A stretch of DNA of 20,000 nucleotides from contig NC_057718.1 in NCBI RefSeq assembly GCF_004010195.1, positions 19,461,009-19,481,008 of the forward strand. The letters run 5' to 3'. Within the stretch, counting starts at the first letter, position 1. Each line of letters opens with the position of its first letter. The notes beneath the pieces are model-generated. The model was not told the DNA's origin. It worked only from the letters and a program-made list of their open reading frames with translations, and made no database searches. The DNA is from Chiloscyllium plagiosum. Lineage: Eukaryota. A program made the position numbers and the translations under genes. Positions 1 to 10,222 of this stretch are shown piece after piece.

Positions 1-353
1 AACCAGTTCTTGACCACAACATAAAGCAAGTACGGTTTCAAAAAGTTTCTTGCTCCTGACCATTTGAGTCAATTAAACAATCAGGTCAAAACATGCAACT
101 AAACTCATCAATGATTTATGTGCATCAACCTGATAAAAATTATTAACGAGTGATCGCAGCAAATGGGGAGTTCGTTGAACAGGTTTGCAGGAGTATGCTC
201 TGTGTAACATTAGGGCTTGAAATATTCACAGCTTTAACCTCTTAACAGAAGGGTCTGTGAGTTAAACAGATAGTAGGAGGGAGGGATAATGTCGACCATT
301 ATTTTGTGAAATAAATGTATCAGCTGCCCATTTTCTAATAATGTGTCATCAAA

Positions 354-711
354 TCAACCCCAAGGTATCAATGTGGACTTCAACAGTTTCCTCGTTTCCC
401 CTTCCCCCACCTCACCCTAGTTCCTCAGCACTGTCCCCATGACTTGTCCAGACTTGTCCGACCTGCCTATCTCCTTTTCCACCTATCCACTCCACCCTCT
501 CCTCCCTGACCTATCACCTTCATCCCCTCCCCCACTCACCTACTGTACTCTATGCTACTTTCTCCCCCCCCCCCTCCTCCTCTCGCTTATCTCCATGCTT
601 CAGGCTCACTGCCTTTATTCCTGATGAAGGGCTTTTGCCCGAAACGTCGATTGCACTGCTCCTTGGATGCTGCCTGAACTGCTGTGCTCTTCCAGCACCA
701 CTAATCCAGAA
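354..711 (+). mobile_element. Penelope-like element 3' fragment (family A): end of ORF, pyrimidine-rich UTR, terminal repeat with hammerhead motif
   Basis: Starts with QPQGINVDFNSFL, also seen at 6922-6960. Ends in the same terminus as 7020-7110 and 18611-18710 (gatgctgcctgaactgctgtgct..tccagcaccact). Confidence 0.8.
621..648 (+). ncRNA. Minimal type I hammerhead ribozyme-like motif with intact core
   Basis: CTGATGA-A-GGGC-TTTT-GCCC-GAAA-C-GTC: both conserved core boxes, a 4-bp helix II, palindromic ACGT in place of helix III and a GUC triplet. Helix I is weak. Confidence 0.7.
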
Positions 712-1075
712 TTCAGAAATCTGGAGCATAGTTAGCTTCCATTATTAATGAGCCTAGAGTAAGAATTAAGAAAATAACCCTGTATGAAAGTCTGCATCAG
801 TAACTATTTTCTGCCTCCAGACATCTGTAGCATAGTTAAGCAAATATAATACAGTACAATAATCGGTAAATTTGTCAACAGCATCTAATGAAAGTCATCA
901 GTACTACAGAAGCCTTTATTTATATTAAGATGTTTAGCTATCCGGTACAGAGCAGTAAGGGTTAGATTTTTGTAGCATCTCTCCAGGAGATTTACCATGG
1001 AGTAATTCCATTCTGCAATGGCATGTTTGACACAAAGCTTACAAAGAAGTAAGCAATAAGCCTACAGTGCCTCAC

Positions 1076-1353
1076 CTGTGAGCCTGTAGTTTCCTGGAAG
1101 CAACGTCCTAACTTGGTTTGTGTTCGGGGAAAATGATGGGTGCGAACTTGCTGCTGGTGTGTGTAGACAGAATTCGGTACGTGAGGTACTGAAGGACTCA
1201 GAGCATGATAAGTGATCTGTTGTTGGCTCGACTTGACACCATTGACCTTCTGTCCCAGGGAGGAACTGTCCACTCTGGAGACCTGGTGGATCTGCACATT
1301 TGCCTCCGGTGGGTGTTTAACATGGATGTTCACTATGTTTGGAGGGAACTTCA
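1076..1353 (-). CDS. LTBP1: LTBP1 internal coding exon, 278 bp (phase 1 to phase 0), running into the start of the hybrid/TB domain
   Basis: Translates as (M)[30 protein letters not shown]...TKLGRCFQETTGSQ. This closely matches my recollection of vertebrate LTBP1 ([29 protein letters not shown]...TQLGRCFQETIGSQ). Acceptor tttttcctctcataaatatatAG ends at 1354; donor CAG|GTGAG at 1075-1071. Confidence 0.95.
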
Positions 1354-1479
1354 CTATATATTTATGAGAGGAAAAACAAAACATGAGGCTGGTGAGCAAG
1401 CATTGTGGAAAACATTTTTTTCAAATAACATCATTACCACTATAAAAGTTACTTTCAAGGTAAATATTATATTAAGAAC

Positions 1480-2500
1480 CTAACAGCAAGAGTAGGCCGT
1501 TCTGTCCCTCAAGATTCCATGATTCCAGAGTTAGGATGGCTTCACCATCTGAGATTACCCCCCACCTCTCAACTATCACCAATCTGTAAATTAACCTTGA
1601 CCTGAAACTGGACTGGACTCACCAAATAGGTCAGAATAGGTCAGAGACTAGAAGCCTGCAATGAGTATCTCACCTCCTGACTCCCTAAACCTATCCATCA
1701 CCTCCAAGGCACAAATTAGGAGTGTGATGGAATACTCCCCACATGTGTGGATGGGTGCAGCTCCAACAACACTCAAGAAGCTTGACACCATACAGGACAA
1801 AGCAGACCACTTGATGAACATCACATCCACAACCATTCACCCCCTCAACCACTGATGCTCAGTTGCAACAGTATGTACTATCTACAAGATATACCAAAGA
1901 AATTCATTAAGGCTCCATAGAAAGCATCTTCCAAAATCTTGGCCACTTCCACCTAGAAGGACAAGGGCAACAGATATATGGGAACACCACTGCCTGCAAG
2001 ATCCCCTCCAAAATACTCACCATCTTGATTGGAAATGTATCGGCTGTTCCTTCAGTATCACTGGGTCAAAATCCTAAAACTCCCTTGTAAAGGGTATTGT
2101 ATGTATACCTATCCTAGATGGATTGCAGCCATTCAAGAAGACAGCTCACCACTACCTTCTCAAGGGCAGCTATGCATAAGAAACAAATGCTGGCCCACCC
2201 ACTGACACCTATGTCCCATAAATGAATAAAAATCATTTCTTTAAATCATGCCTGATCTTCTACCTCAATGCCACTTTCCTGCACTATCCCCATATCCATT
2301 CTGTCATTCGTAATGAAAAATCTATTGGTCTCAGTCTTGAACCTACTGAACTTACACAACCCTGTGGGGAAAACAATTCCAAAGATCCACGCCTCCTCAG
2401 AATGGCGAAACTCATCCTCATCTCAGTCCTGATGGGATAATCCTTATTCTGAGACCGGATCCAAGACCTCAACTCCACCTTGAAACCAAGGGAAAACTCC
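1480..2500 (-). mobile_element. Old CR1-type LINE 3' fragment (about 1480-1520 and 2245-2500), split by the LINE below
   Basis: gagtaggccgttctgtccctcaag...atcatgcctgatctt..ctcaatgccactttcctgcactatccccatatcc resembles the reversed CR1 3' ends at 9797-9865 and 11485-11640. Confidence 0.6.
1535..2232 (+). mobile_element. Degenerate CR1/L2-group LINE: ORF2 C-terminus and 3' tail
   Basis: KAQIRSVMEYSPHVWMGAAPTTLKKLDTIQDKA is a post-RT LINE motif. The tail ends cccataaatgaataaaa. Homologous tails lie at 5365-5665 and 8690-8910. Confidence 0.8.
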
Positions 2501-3247
2501 TATGTCTCTGTCAAAGACTGTTTTGCATAAGAATGCGCACATTAGGGTGATGACTCTATATGCGCAATCCATCCTATAATATTCACAGGAATGTTGCATC
2601 ACTGATGTTAGTTAATGCAGCACAGGCCAACAATCAGATCTGTAACCTTCTGGGAATCTATATAATTTATACTCCCCTGCTCCTTGCTCATCTACACTTT
2701 GCCATCAGAAAAGCAATACTGTTTTTTGATTTGTAGATCACTATCTCAAGGCACCCACCACTGTCTCGATTTTACCTTCAGGAAAATGATTAACAGCTAC
2801 TGTCAGTGTGATTGCCAACATCACAACATGAGCAGAGAAATTTGAAATGCAAATATGGTGACCAAACTTACAAAATTAAAATAATTAATGAGAAACAAAA
2901 CACAATGAGTAAAAGAATTTGCAAGATTTATTCCACTGACGTTTTTCTTCTGGTTTTTATTAGCAGCACTGTTTGTTCCTTAATTAATTAGAATTTGCTG
3001 GCAAGTTAATGCATTAAGTATTGTTATTATTTGAAATGCTGGAGAGTCTCATGAGATATGTCACAACATTGTGCAACACACACTGGGGCATGCTCTGATT
3101 ATGTCTGCCTTCTGGAAGCATTAATCAGCAAATACAGAGCTTAGTTAAGAAACATTTGCAAAACTGAAACAAAACCAAAATTGCTGGGAACGTGCAGCAG
3201 ATTTTCCAGCCTCTGAAAAGAGATATTAATTGCCTGGCAGATCTTTA

Positions 3248-3495
3248 ACAGAATTACACAGTCCTTACCACACAGAAAGAGGTCATTAGGCCCAGCTGGT
3301 TTGCGGTGGTATTTATGTCCCACACAAGCCTTCTCTCACATCTATTCTTATCAATATATCCATCTCGTCCTCTCTCTCTCTCTCGGTTTATCTAGCTTGT
3401 CTTGAAATACATTTATGCTACTTGCCCTAACTACTCATGAGGTGGCAGGTTCCACATTCTAACCACTTACTGGTGAAAGAAATTTATCCCAGATT
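3248..3495 (-). mobile_element. CR1-type LINE 3' fragment
   Basis: Contains acagaaagaggtcattaggccca and ggcaggttccacattctaaccac..ctggtgaaagaaattt, which parallel 14670-14875. Confidence 0.6.
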
Positions 3496-3779
3496 CCCAG
3501 CTGGATTCCTACACATTCCTTACGCCTGGATATCCTGAACCATCATTCACCTGGATGGACTTTTCAGTGTTCTGCTCCTGTCTAGAGTAATAGCCAACTG
3601 ATGTCCACCTACCAATGATCACCACCCACCCTACCTGAACCTCTCACTTGCAACAGGTTCTCACTGAGCTCCACACGCAAGAGGATTTCAATCTGAAACA
3701 CTCTTCTAGTCTCCTCTCTTTTCAGATGCAGGCAGACTTTGCATGTAAAGAACTCTCTGTTCTCAAAGTAAAAAATGTG

Positions 3780-4085
3780 TGGGTGCATTCAGTAGCTGAC
3801 CATCAAATACCAGCAATACCTTCTGAGATCCATAATCCTATTTCGCAATCTCAGCTTTCCTCCAGTTCTTGTCTCCTGAACATCTCCAATTCCCATGTTG
3901 CCCCAACAGTGGCTGTTTCCTTCTCTAAACCTTTCCTCCTGTAAAGCATTTCTTCAATCCTATCTCTTTGACCAATCATTTCTGAAGTCTCTCTTCGTGA
4001 CTCTGTGTCAAATCCTGTTCTGTAAAACTCCTGTGAAGACCCTCGGGATATTTTATTACTTGTGAATACAAGTTGCTGTTGCAGA
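3780..4085 (+). mobile_element. Old L2-like LINE 3' end
   Basis: Terminus ctcctgtgaagaccctcgggatatttt...atacaagttgctgttg is homologous to 9323-9390 and to reversed copies at 5105 and 12468. Confidence 0.5.
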
Positions 4086-4169
4086 GGTTAAAATAAAGAG
4101 TTGGTTGAGTCCGTACTTCACTGAAGCAACACTAGGGTGCCATGATGCAGGCAATTTGCACCTTTCTGA

Positions 4170-4300
4170 ATGAAAGCAAAATACTGCAGATGCTGAAAAT
4201 CTAAAACAAACATAGAGTAGGCTGGAAAAACTCAGCAGGTCTGGCAGCATCCATGGACAGAGAAGCAGAGGTAATGTTTTGAGTCTGGTATGACTCTTCA
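4170..4300 (-). mobile_element. PLE terminal-repeat fragment (family C) with decayed hammerhead motif
   Basis: Minus strand reads TGAA-GAGTC-atacca-GACTC-AAAACATT...gatgctgccagacctgctgagtttttccagc...tcagcatctgcagta, the same layout as family A termini. Confidence 0.6.
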
Positions 4301-4539
4301 CTGTCCTTGTCAGCCGACTGATTTAATTTGTTTGAACTTATTATTGACAAGCTCTTTAAACGACATAAAATGCAAAGAGCTAAAGGTTTAGACATTACCA
4401 AGCAAGAATGTCCAAGGAAAAGCGACTTCTATTTTATGTAATTTACTTAAAAATCAGTAACTGGAATATAAAATCTCTGAATTATAATGTACTGAAGAGA
4501 AAACATGCAACTCAGCCCACTGAGTCATTCCCAAAAGAG

Positions 4540-4608
4540 TTCTGAAAAACAGCCATACTGGACTCAAAATGTTACCTCAGTTTCTGTCCTCCACAGATTC
4601 TGCCAGAT
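4540..4608 (+). mobile_element. PLE terminal-repeat fragment (family C), inverted relative to 4170-4300
   Basis: ctgaaaaacagccatactggactcaaaatgttacctcagtttctgtcctccacagattctgccaga aligns with the reverse complement of about 4240-4300. Confidence 0.5.
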
Positions 4609-4765
4609 CATGATCAGCAAGGTTTTGGCCATTATTAAACAGAAAAGAATTGTCTAAAAGAGTTCTCTACTTTTGCTGTAACATTGCTGAGTTGCTGGCA
4701 GACCGAAGGAGAAAAATAAACGTATATAACTTGAGAGAGAGTTTGAAAGACAAATTGAGCCTTAC

Positions 4766-4981
4766 TCTGTAGGCCGGGCTTCCCACCGTGAGACAGAGGC
4801 AGTGTGTGTGTCGAATGAACTACCGGCGAGGTCGGAGCTTTGCCAGGCTGCTGGTGATGCTGCTGGCCATTGGAAGGCTGCACCGGGATATGGCAGAGCT
4901 TGCCGGTAAAATGAGGAGAGCACTGGCATTTGTTCCTGGAAGTGCACTGTCCTCCGTTCATGCAAGGCAAGTGGCAGACCA
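4766..4981 (-). CDS. LTBP1: LTBP1 internal coding exon, 216 bp (phase 1 to phase 1), EGF-like domain plus linker
   Basis: Translates as VCHLPCMNGGQCTSRNKCQCSPHFTGKLCHIPV...QQPGKA...VVHSTHTLPL, a 6-Cys EGF pattern. CHLPC, FTGKLC and HSTHTLPL favour LTBP1 over LTBP3. Acceptor tttatttttccAG ends at 4982; donor A|GTAAG at 4765-4761. The final A joins TG of the next exon in frame. Confidence 0.95.
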
Positions 4982-5104
4982 CTGGAAAAATAAACCCAAC
5001 ATTAGTGGAATGCAACAATCTAACACCAAACAACAATGTCTTCTTTCAGTGGTATGACCTTCAGGACCCCACTTGTAAATAGTTACGGACCAAGAAAAAA
5101 ATCA

Positions 5105-5360
5105 CTGCAACAAATTGCTTTTCTATAGCATCTTTGAAGTGTGACAAGGAGTTCCCCAGGAACTATGCCAGACCAGATTTGACACAGATAAGGCAATATG
5201 ACCAGGGGCCAAAAGCATGGTCAACATTTTAAAGTTTTAAGAAGCAACGTAAAAGAGAAAAAGTAATGGTTAAGATTTTCAATATTTGGTGCCTAGACTA
5301 AAGGGACAGACACCAGTGAAGGCAAGGGGTAAATCAGGGAGGTGCAAGAGACCGGAACTA
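5105..5360 (-). mobile_element. Old L2-like LINE 3' end
   Basis: caacaaattgcttttctatagcatcttt...agatttgacacaga is the reverse of the L2-like tail at 3780-4085. Confidence 0.45.
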
Positions 5361-5364
5361 TATT

Positions 5365-5665
5365 TTTGATTTGTTCATGGGGGTTGCTGGCTGGATTGGT
5401 GTCTCTTGTGCATCCTTAATCGCCTTTGAGAATGTGGGGGTCAGCTGCCTTCTTGAACTGCTGCAGTTTTTGGGATTTAGGGGTACCCACAGTACTGTCT
5501 GGGAGTGGGTTCCAGCAAATTAACCCAGAGACAGTGAAGGAACAGCAACATCTTTCTAAATTAGGCCAGCAACTGGCTTAGAGGGAGACTTGCAGGTTGT
5601 GGTGTTCCTGTGTATCAGCTACCTTTGCCCTTCTAGATGGTAGTAATCATGGATTTGGAAGATTT
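5365..5665 (-). mobile_element. CR1/L2-group LINE 3' tail
   Basis: Reverse-complement homolog of about 1925-2230 (agctgccttcttgaa, cagtgaaggaacagc, cttgcaggttgtggtgttcc, ccttctagatgg). Confidence 0.7.
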
Positions 5666-5671
5666 ATGTCT

Positions 5672-6492
5672 GGGACATTCGACCTCGGACCATCGGGTGA
5701 CCATCCTCCAAGGTGGACTTCGGGACAGGCAGCAGCGAAAAGTGGCCGAGCAGAGGCTGATAGCTAAGTTCGGTACCCATAGGGAGGGCCTCAACTAGAA
5801 CCTTGGGTTCATGTCACATTACAGGTGACCACCATTGCACTACACACACACACACACACGACGCGCACACAGACACCCACACACACCCTTACAGAGACAC
5901 ACATTCCCACACTCACACATGCACCCCCTCACAGACTTAAGACACTCTGCACTCACTACACACACACACACATATGGTTTCTCACACTCACAACCCCCAA
6001 TCCAGACAGACACACACACAGACAAAGACCCACATGCGCATATATACTTTTGGGGTGAGTTTGTACTTGCAGGGTTACATTGTACTTTGCTCAAAAACTG
6101 CATGAATTCATGTAAAACTCCGTTATCTCACTTTTTAGATTAGAATCAATCTAAACATCATGGCATAGACAGAGAACACAGGGGGCTAACACCTTCAACA
6201 TATTGTCTAGCTATCACCATTGTTAACAGCTAACCTGAGAGTGCAACTTTTTTAAAAAAGGCTTTGTGATTTACACATGAAAGAAGTGAAACTGTCATGG
6301 TATTCTAACAGATGAAAGGCTTAACAGACAATCAATTTTTCAATGTATAATTTCAGTTACACCACACTGTAAATTTTTACTATAAATTCTGTATGTTAGG
6401 ATTGAGCTGTCCACTACCACTTGATGAAGGAGCGATGCTCCGAAAACTAGTGTGCTTCCAATTAAACCTGTTGGAATATAACCTGGTGTGTG
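5672..6492 (+). mobile_element. Penelope-like element 3' fragment (family B): endonuclease C-terminus, CA-rich UTR, terminus with decayed hammerhead
   Basis: GHSTSDHRVTILQGGLRDRQQRKVAEQRLIAKFGTHREGLN resembles the PLE GIY-YIG C-terminal E...I..F.T...GLN motif. The terminus 6417-6492 matches 7597-7675. Confidence 0.75.
5841..6022 (+). repeat. Imperfect (CA)n-rich microsatellite region within the PLE UTR
   Basis: Several acacacac runs are directly visible. Confidence 0.9.
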
Positions 6493-6602
6493 TACATCTG
6501 ACTCAAGCAATGACGTTGCATGACTAGAAACCAAATGTAGTAGTGGAGTGATAACAGGATGAAGTTGAGGGGTGCAGTAAAATGAAAGATTTATAATAGT
6601 AG

Positions 6603-7119
6603 TCTACCTCCATCCAAGGCCCTAAAGGAGCCTTCCACATCCATCAAAGTTTTACCTGCACATCCACTAATATCATTTATTGTATCCGTTGCTCCCGACG
6701 TGGTCTCCGCAACATTGAGGAGACTGGACACCTCCTAGCAGAGCGCTTTAGGGAACATCTCTTGGACACCCGCACCAATCAACCACACCGCCCTGTGGCC
6801 CAACATTTCAACTCCCCCTCCCACTCTGCCAAGACATGGAGGTCCTGGGCCTCCTTTAATGCTGCTCCCTCACCACCAGACGCCTGGAGGAAGAACGCCT
6901 CATCTTCCACCTCAGAACACTTCAACCCCAGGGCATCAATGTAGACTTCAACAGTTTTCTCCCCACCCCCACCCTCCTCTCACTTATCTCTCCACCCTTC
7001 AGGCTCTCTGCCTGTATTCCAGATGAAGGCCTTTTGCCCGAAACGTCGATTTTACTGCTCCTCGGATGCTGCCTGAACTGCTGTGCTTTTCCAGCACCAC
7101 TCTAATCTAGACTCTGATT
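6603..7119 (+). mobile_element. Penelope-like element 3' fragment (family A) with degenerate GIY-YIG endonuclease
   Basis: FTCTSTNIIYCIRCSRRGLRNIEETGHLLAERFREHL, with YIG decayed and frameshifts downstream. Collinear with the reverse complement of 18611-19050. Decayed hammerhead at 7020-7047. Confidence 0.9.
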
Positions 7120-7509
7120 TTTAACTATGTCTGGGGAACGCAGAGTAAAGCAGAAGATGTGATGATACACAATCCCTTCTCCTTTGATGGTGAATGGGGT
7201 ACAGTTGTGTCAAAATCTAATGCAAGATAATAAGCCTTAGAGACTGGGCAACAGTCCAGAAGAAAACAGGTACATAAATACTCCTGTTAGGTATGGAATG
7301 TTCCTCTTTATAAATCAAAAGTACTAAGTAAAACACTTGAGCAATAGTGAACATATATTTTAACTCTGCTATGCATGACTGTATTCTCCTCATTATAGTT
7401 GAATAATTGAGAAGAGTGCGGTTTGGTGAAGAATTGAGCTCATGGGGATTCAGCATAAAAAATTCCACAAAGAAAAATGCACTCAGAATGCAGAACCTTC
7501 CAGAATCAT

Positions 7510-7720
7510 AATTAAAAAGTCACACAACAACAGGTTATAGCCCAACAGGTTTATTTGGAAGCACTAGCTTTCGGAGCACACTCCTTACTTGTACAACCAC
7601 CCGATGAAGGAATAGCACTCCTAAAGCTAGTGCTTCCAAATAAATTTGTTGGACTATAACCTGGTGTTGTGTGATTTTTAACTTTGCCCATCCCAGTCCA
7701 ACACTGGCACCTCCAAGTCA
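7510..7720. mobile_element. Palindromic mini-element of two inverted family B PLE termini, 12-bp TSD
   Basis: Arms about 7512-7586 and 7607-7682 are inverted copies. Direct repeat TTCCAGAATCAT at 7498-7509 and 7721-7732. Confidence 0.85.
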
Positions 7721-8488
7721 TTCCAGAATCATGTACTATTTGGCCTCTCCTTGATTCCATCCAAAAGCCTATCAGAAGGTTCTGCAACATTTTCTCCATC
7801 TGCACAAAAGTACTACTTTAAAAGCTTTCCACCTTTGTGTGGAGCAACGCCAGTCTGTACTGTCAATGGCACGGCTCCTCATTGTCCCTGTGGTTAAGGA
7901 AGCACTGCATTCCTTCATGTGTTTGGTCACCTTGAAGTATGTTTACCCTCCCAATCTGTTCAGAGCAGCTATTTATCCAGCTGTTCTCAGAGGTGTTAAT
8001 TGACACTGTATTAACTGTAGCAGCTGAGTACCGTTCCACAGTTTAGTGAGGAAATGCATTCATTCTGATTTCCAGCCACTCATCTTCACGGAATCTTTTT
8101 TGTAACTCACAGCCCAAGATAAATAGCCAGCTTACATTCATGCCTTCTGAGAGAGACAGAGAGATAAAGTACACAGAAGATAAGATTAGCAAAAACATAC
8201 AAATTGACAGAGCTAGGCCCAGACAAGAAGAAACAGGGACAGACAATGTCAGAAGTCACCATCCTTCCAAACATGCATTGAATTTAAAGCGTACTGTTAA
8301 AATGATAGCCAATTTTCTTCTTTATCAAAAGGAACAAGAGAAAGTGGTTTTAACCTGTGCTTAGAATGAATTTACTCCTGTACCTCATGGATGCAGCAAC
8401 AAACTAATGTAGTTTCAAAGACAACAACATCTTCATGTCTGCAGGATGACTCCTTGTGTCTAACTGAACAGGAGCTAATCACCAAGAT

Positions 8489-8672
8489 AGGAGAAAGTGA
8501 GGACTGCAGATGCTGGAGATCAGAGCTGAAAAATGTGTTGCTGGAAAAGCGCAGCAGGTCAGGCAGCATCCAAGGAGCAGGAGAATCAACGTTTCGGGCA
8601 TAAGCCTGAAGAAGGGCTTATGCCCAAAACGTCGATTCTCCTGCTCCTTTGATGCTGCCTGACCTGCTGCGC
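8489..8672. mobile_element. Palindromic mini-element of two inverted family A-like PLE termini, 14-bp TSD
   Basis: Arms 8549-8606 and 8615-8672 are inverted copies. Direct repeat CTAATCACCAAGAT at 8475-8488 and 8673-8686. Confidence 0.9.
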
Positions 8673-8689
8673 CTAATCACCAAGATGCC

Positions 8690-8910
8690 TTCATCTTATA
8701 AACCCTCTGCTACTGGAAGGTGACAGATAGTGGGAACACGAACATGTCACCTTTCCTTTACTGTCTTTGGGTCAGAATCCTGGAATTCCTTCATACCATC
8801 ACCTCAATAAACCATAGTGACCGATGAAGGTGACTCACTACCACTTGTACAAAAGCAGTTACAGATGTGTAATAAACACTGCCTTCACCAGCGTCACTAA
8901 CATCCAGTAA
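8690..8910 (+). mobile_element. Decayed CR1/L2-group LINE (or LINE-tailed SINE) 3' tail
   Basis: tgggtcagaatcctggaattcc...gaaggtgactcactaccactt...aataaacactgcc is homologous to about 2060-2220. Confidence 0.55.
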
Positions 8911-9099
8911 ACACATGGTCTACAGTTTGGTTCACTGCATTGGAATTTCTGGTGAAACACAGGATTGATCCACTGAAAGGTGACTTTGTGGAATGATACC
9001 TTGCATTAGCTCCCACTCTGACCGTAGCTTGGCTTTAAAATGCTCAGTGTTATTTTCAAACCCAACCAAGGCTTCACCATTCCTTATGCTTCACCATAA

Positions 9100-9390
9100 T
9101 GTCCTCCATCCCAATAATCCTCTGAAACTCCTTCAGTTCTAGTGACCTACGTATCCCTGATTTTTGTGCCTGTCCTATTTGCAACTCAGTTTTCAGCTGC
9201 CTGGACCCTCCATGCCTCTCCTTCTTTCCAAAGGCTCTATGTAAAACCTACCCATTTAATGTTTAGTCACTTGTCCTAATATCTCCTCACATAAGGTGGT
9301 GAGAGGTTTTACTTGATTATCACTCCTGTGGCATGCCTTGGGACATTTCACCACCTTATGAGGTGCTACAGACATGCAACATGCTGTTGA
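9100..9390 (+). mobile_element. Old L2-like LINE 3' end
   Basis: ttcagctgcctggaccct...aaaacctacc...ctcctgtggcatgccttgggacattt...ggtgctacagacatgcaacatgctgttg, homologous to the tail at 3780-4085. Confidence 0.55.
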
Positions 9391-9999
9391 TACATTGTTG
9401 TACCCCATTCAATTGTCAATCTCTCATCTTTTCCCGTATTAAGCCTCCAGCATAAACCCTATCACCATGTATGCACACCGAGAGCTTCCAAACCACCTGT
9501 GCAGGGCAGGGGTGGAGTCTGTGGGCAAGTGGCGAGGTGGGACTGTTAGTGGTCAGTTCCAGACCAGCACAGACCCACCAGTCAGGCCTGCCAGTTTCAA
9601 AGGATCGGAGTGAAATGTGGGCCTGAGAAAACACGCGACAAAAGAGTGAAATGAGAAGCAAAATGAATGTGAAGGACAAGTTAAAGAGCAAGAGTGTGAT
9701 GGCAATGTTCTGTCATGTTCTGTTCTGTCAAAAGTCTGTTCAGATTTCACACACCCGGTGTGATGTGACAACTGCAACTTGCTGCATCACAGACAGATCA
9801 GGAATGGGAGTAAGGCATTTGGCCCCTTGAGGCAGTTCTGCCATTCAATACGATCATGGCTACTCAACAACTAACCTTAGGTAGCCATTAAAATGCACAA
9901 GGTCAGACATAATTTTCAAAATGTGTATATGAAAATTAGCAAGGACATTCACCACTGTACAGGTTACTCTGTCGACACACTGGCGTGGTTAATCAAATA

Positions 10000-10222
10000 C
10001 AGTCAGTTCTGCCATAATACAGTAGTTCCATTCTCATGTGTTATAAGAAAACCATGTAATAGCAACACAATTTAAACCAATGAGGCCCAAATCATGTTAT
10101 AACCAACACATACTGTAAAAGTTGGCGCTATAGAAACAGTGTCTCCAATTTGTCATAGAGTCAATCATGTTATGGCAAATTTGCATTAAACGAAATGTGT
10201 GTTCCAGCAGAACAACCATCTA
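10000..10222. mobile_element. Possible Tc1/mariner (Tigger-like) MITE remnant
   Basis: Begins TA|CAGTCAGTTCTGCCATAA. A degenerate inverted end (ttccagcagaacaacc) lies near 10202-10218. Internal tgttata repeats. Confidence 0.45.

Noticed and set aside
4788..5057. Plus-strand ORFs overlapping the LTBP1 exons (also 1205-1483)
   Set aside because: They are antisense shadows of coding exons.
5825..6143. His/Thr-rich and Cys/Val-rich ORFs
   Set aside because: These are translations of the (CA)n microsatellite.
8475..8686. Long hairpins (also 7510-7682) as miRNA precursors or DNA-transposon MITEs
   Set aside because: The arms are PLE termini, asymmetric in length, with 12-14 bp TSDs. There is no evidence of miRNA processing from sequence alone.
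9416..9691. ORF MLFNLSFTFILLLISLF... resembling a signal peptide or an LTBP1 short-form first exon
   Set aside because: It starts at TTG, not ATG. The hydrophobicity comes from a polypyrimidine tract, and the phase does not fit the next exon.
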